A program made the position numbers and the translations under genes. From Gammaproteobacteria bacterium (GTDB lineage: Bacteria > Pseudomonadota > Gammaproteobacteria > S012-40), in contig WFPC01000015.1 of assembly GCA_015487785.1 (NCBI GenBank), positions 51,942 through 115,941 on the forward strand: a stretch of 64,000 nt of DNA. The letters run 5' to 3'. Under the pieces are notes generated by a model. It was not told the DNA's origin, made no database searches, and saw only the letters and a list, made by a program, of their open reading frames with translations. How positions within the stretch are numbered: position 1 is the stretch's first letter; each line of letters opens with the position of its first letter. Shown here piece after piece: positions 61,265 through 64,000 of the stretch.

Positions 61265-63517
61265 ATGAACGATCAAGTACATATCGGCGAAGAGGGCCAG
61301 GAGCGCCTGCCCCTGGCCCGGTTTACCGAGAAGGCCTACCTGGACTATTCCATGTACGTCATTCTCGACCGTGCCCTGCCACACATCGGCGATGGCCTGA
61401 AGCCTGTGCAGCGGCGCATCGTCTATGCCATGTCGGAGTTGGGGCTCAAGGCCTCGGCCAAATTCAAGAAGTCTGCCCGCACAGTGGGTGATGTACTGGG
61501 CAAGTTCCATCCCCATGGCGACTCCGCCTGTTATGAAGCCATGGTGTTGATGGCGCAACCATTCTCCTATCGTTACCCCTTGATCGAAGGGCAGGGCAAT
61601 TGGGGGTCGCCGGACGACCCCAAGTCCTTTGCCGCCATGCGCTATACCGAGGCCAGGCTCACCCCTTTTGCACAGTTGCTGTTGTCGGAGCTGAGTCAGG
61701 GCACGGTGGACTGGGTGCCCAACTTCGATGGCAGCCTGCAAGAGCCGGCGGTATTGCCGGCGCGCCTACCAGTGGTCTTGCTCAATGGCGCCACTGGCAT
61801 TGCGGTGGGCATGGCCACCGACATTCCACCACACAACCTGCGTGAAGTGGCCGCGGCCTGTGCGCACCTGCTGGAACACCCCAAGGCCTCTGTCGAGGAG
61901 CTGTGTGAACACATACAGGGCCCGGACTATCCCACCGAGGCGGAGATCATCACGCCGCGCGAGGAAATTCGCGCACTATATCGCAAGGGACATGGCAGTA
62001 TTCGCTTGCGTGCCCGTTATCAGCGAGAAAATGGTGATATCGTCATCACGGCCTTGCCCTATCAGGCCTCGGGGGCGAAGATTCTGGAGCAGATCGCCGC
62101 TCAGATGCAGGCCAAGAAACTGCCTATGGTAGAGGACCTTAGGGACGAGTCCGATCACGAGAACCCAACCCGCCTGGTGATCACGCCGCGTTCCAGCCGG
62201 GTCGATGTGGAACAGTTGATGGCGCATCTTTTTGCAACCACCGACCTGGAGCGAAGTTACCGGGTCAATCTCAATATCATCGGCACCGATGGTCGGCCAC
62301 GGGTGCACGACCTCAAGACCCTGTTGCAAGATTGGTTGGCATTCCGAACGACCACCGTGCGCCGACGCCTGCAGCACCGGTTGGACAAGATCGTGCAGCG
62401 TCTACATATACTCGATGGCTTGCTGATCGCGTATCTGAATATCGACGAGGTGATCCACATCATTCGCAATGAGGACGAACCCAAGCCTGTGTTGATGCAG
62501 CGTTTCGCGCTCAGTGACGCTCAGGCCGAGGCCATCCTGGAACTGAAACTGCGTCATCTGGCCCGGCTGGAAGAAATGAAAATCCGTGCTGAACAGGACG
62601 AGTTGGGGCAGGAGCGCGGACAATTGGAAAAGACACTGGGATCGCAGCGCCGCCTGCGCAGCCTGATTCGCAAGGAAATCCTCGCCGATGCCGAACAGTT
62701 CGGCGATGAGCGCCGTTCACCCCTGGTGATTCGGGAGGCCGCTCAGGCTCTGGATGCCACTGCGCTGATTCCCTCCGAACCGGTAACTATCGTATTGTCG
62801 AAAAAAGGCTGGGTGCGCGCCGCCAAGGGACACGAAGTAGACCCCTCCGGCCTGAGCTATAAATCCGGCGATATTTTCCTCGCCGCCGCCGCGGGACGCA
62901 GCAATCAGCAGGCTGTTTTTCTGGATTCCAGCGGCCGTTGCTACGCACTTCCCGTCCACAGTCTGCCTTCCGCCCGCAGCCACGGCGAACCCTTGAGCGG
63001 ACGACTCAAGCCGCCTGCCGGCAGCAGCTTTCAGGCGGTGATCTGTGGACAGGAAACCGACTTGTACGTTCTAGCCAGCGATGCCGGCTATGGTTTCCTC
63101 TGTGCCTATACGGATCTGCTCTCGCGTAACAAGGCCGGCAAGGCCGTGCTCACTGTGCCCGCCGGTGCCGGGGTGTTGCCGCCTCAACGGGTAACAGATC
63201 CCGACACGGAATTTCTGGCCGTGGTCAGTAGCAGCGGTCATCTGTTGGTGTTTCCGCTGGCGGAATTGCCGCGCCTGGGCAAGGGGAAAGGGGTCAAGTT
63301 GATGAATATTCCCGCAGCCAAGGCCAGGAGCAGGGAAGAATACCTCAAGGCGATGACGGTGTTGGGGCTGGAATCGAAACTGGCGGTATACGCGGGCCAG
63401 CGTCACTGCGTACTCAAGGGGGCAGATCTGGATCACTACCTGGGCGAACGCGGGCGGCGAGGCCTGAAACTGCCGCGGGGTTTCCAGAAGGTGGACCGTT
63501 TGGCGCGATTGGACTGA
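61265..63517 (+). CDS. parC: DNA topoisomerase IV subunit A
   Basis: 750 aa. Active-site region [10 protein letters not shown] (catalytic Tyr). ParC-type C-terminal domain shorter than GyrA. Confidence 0.93.
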   Translation: MNDQVHIGEEGQERLPLARFTEKAYLDYSMYVILDRALPHIGDGLKPVQRRIVYAMSELGLKASAKFKKSARTVGDVLGKFHPHGDSACYEAMVLMAQPFSYRYPLIEGQGNWGSPDDPKSFAAMRYTEARLTPFAQLLLSELSQGTVDWVPNFDGSLQEPAVLPARLPVVLLNGATGIAVGMATDIPPHNLREVAAACAHLLEHPKASVEELCEHIQGPDYPTEAEIITPREEIRALYRKGHGSIRLRARYQRENGDIVITALPYQASGAKILEQIAAQMQAKKLPMVEDLRDESDHENPTRLVITPRSSRVDVEQLMAHLFATTDLERSYRVNLNIIGTDGRPRVHDLKTLLQDWLAFRTTTVRRRLQHRLDKIVQRLHILDGLLIAYLNIDEVIHIIRNEDEPKPVLMQRFALSDAQAEAILELKLRHLARLEEMKIRAEQDELGQERGQLEKTLGSQRRLRSLIRKEILADAEQFGDERRSPLVIREAAQALDATALIPSEPVTIVLSKKGWVRAAKGHEVDPSGLSYKSGDIFLAAAAGRSNQQAVFLDSSGRCYALPVHSLPSARSHGEPLSGRLKPPAGSSFQAVICGQETDLYVLASDAGYGFLCAYTDLLSRNKAGKAVLTVPAGAGVLPPQRVTDPDTEFLAVVSSSGHLLVFPLAELPRLGKGKGVKLMNIPAAKARSREEYLKAMTVLGLESKLAVYAGQRHCVLKGADLDHYLGERGRRGLKLPRGFQKVDRLARLD

Positions 63518-63543
63518 GAAGATAGCGGGTGGGCGGGTCCGGC

Positions 63544-64000
63544 TCACTCCTCCAACTTGCGAATCACGCCGGAAACGATGCCCAAGACCTGGACTTCCTC
63601 GTTACGCAGGCGAATGGGTTCCATCTCCGGGTTGGCCGGTTGCAGGCGAATGCCATCGGCCTCCACATAGAATTTTTTCAGTGTTACGGTTTCGCCATTG
63701 ATAAGGGCTACCACCGACTGGCCGTTTTCGGCCGTTTCGCGTTTTTCCACGATGATGATGTCACCGTCCTGGATATTGTCGTCGATCATGGAATGTCCTT
63801 GCACCCGCAAGGCATAACTGCTCTTGCGCACCATGTTGGCGGGCACCTGGACGGTTTCCCGTTGTTCCACGGGTTCGATGGGGTTTCCGGCAGTGATTAC
63901 GCCCAGCAAGGGGATGTCCATCAAGGCCATGGCCTCGGCCTCAGTTTCCAGCAGTTCGGCCGGCCAGGTGGGGCGTTGACGTTTTGGAATTAGAAAACTG
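63544..64000 (-). CDS. lexA: LexA repressor, C-terminal S24 peptidase domain (5' end beyond window)
   Basis: Frame open to the window edge. Ala-Gly-like cleavage region LLGVITAGNPIEP and the Ser/Lys dyad region QGHSMIDDNIQDGDIIIVEK...TLKKF. Confidence 0.85.
   Translation of the reverse strand, partial: SFLIPKRQRPTWPAELLETEAEAMALMDIPLLGVITAGNPIEPVEQRETVQVPANMVRKSSYALRVQGHSMIDDNIQDGDIIIVEKRETAENGQSVVALINGETVTLKKFYVEADGIRLQPANPEMEPIRLRNEEVQVLGIVSGVIRKLEE

Overview
This 64 kb window is a dense, high-GC (~63%) chromosomal segment of a gammaproteobacterium. Gene order resembles Pseudomonas in places: lolA-rarA-crcB-serS, prfB-lysS, vfr, and a nasA/narK-kinase + nirBD-nasC nitrate assimilation locus. 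It differs in having a Gram-positive-like CIRCE-controlled hrcA-grpE-dnaK-dnaJ-dapB block. Almost everything is housekeeping. Listed in order: clpA (3' part), infA, acnB, the nadK-recN operon, the HrcA/CIRCE heat-shock operon, dapB, a divergent nitrate-assimilation locus, aspC-like aminotransferase and uvrB, cobC-cobS, copA, lolA-rarA-crcB-serS, prfB (with its programmed +1 frameshift) and lysS, an nsrR / truncated-hemoglobin / reductase module, mltB, vfr, truD, parE-parC and the 3' part of lexA. One tRNA-Asn gene is present. There are no CRISPR arrays, IS elements or integrases.

The parts that are not explained by routine annotation are:
- A low-GC islet between dapB and the nas locus. It encodes a TPR lipoprotein and a secreted FlgD-Ig-fold protein that has no canonical start codon and follows the stop of a membrane-anchored PP2C-phosphatase/Ser-Thr-kinase fusion, itself co-transcribed with narK.
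- Two divergent sigma54-type promoters flank an 8-bp-arm palindrome in the narK/nirB intergenic region.
- A short NarB-like (730 aa) cytoplasmic nitrate reductase is followed by a DmsB-like 4x[4Fe-4S] protein fused to a DmsC-like 8-TM membrane anchor. This suggests quinol-linked assimilatory nitrate reduction.
- An NsrR-controlled truncated hemoglobin N is paired with a 2Fe-2S/FNR-type flavoreductase.
- An orphan FliK-like / FlhB-C-like pair is translationally coupled to recN.
- An Hpt/degenerate-REC/PP2C regulator.
- A 29-codon micro-ORF overlaps both the copA stop and the lolA start.
- A 1422-aa lipoprotein carries about 13 tandem Big_2 Ig domains.

Many long ORFs in the six-frame track are antisense or out-of-frame artefacts of the high GC content and are not reported as genes. 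Several track ORFs are N-terminally over-extended because the track takes the longest GTG/TTG start.
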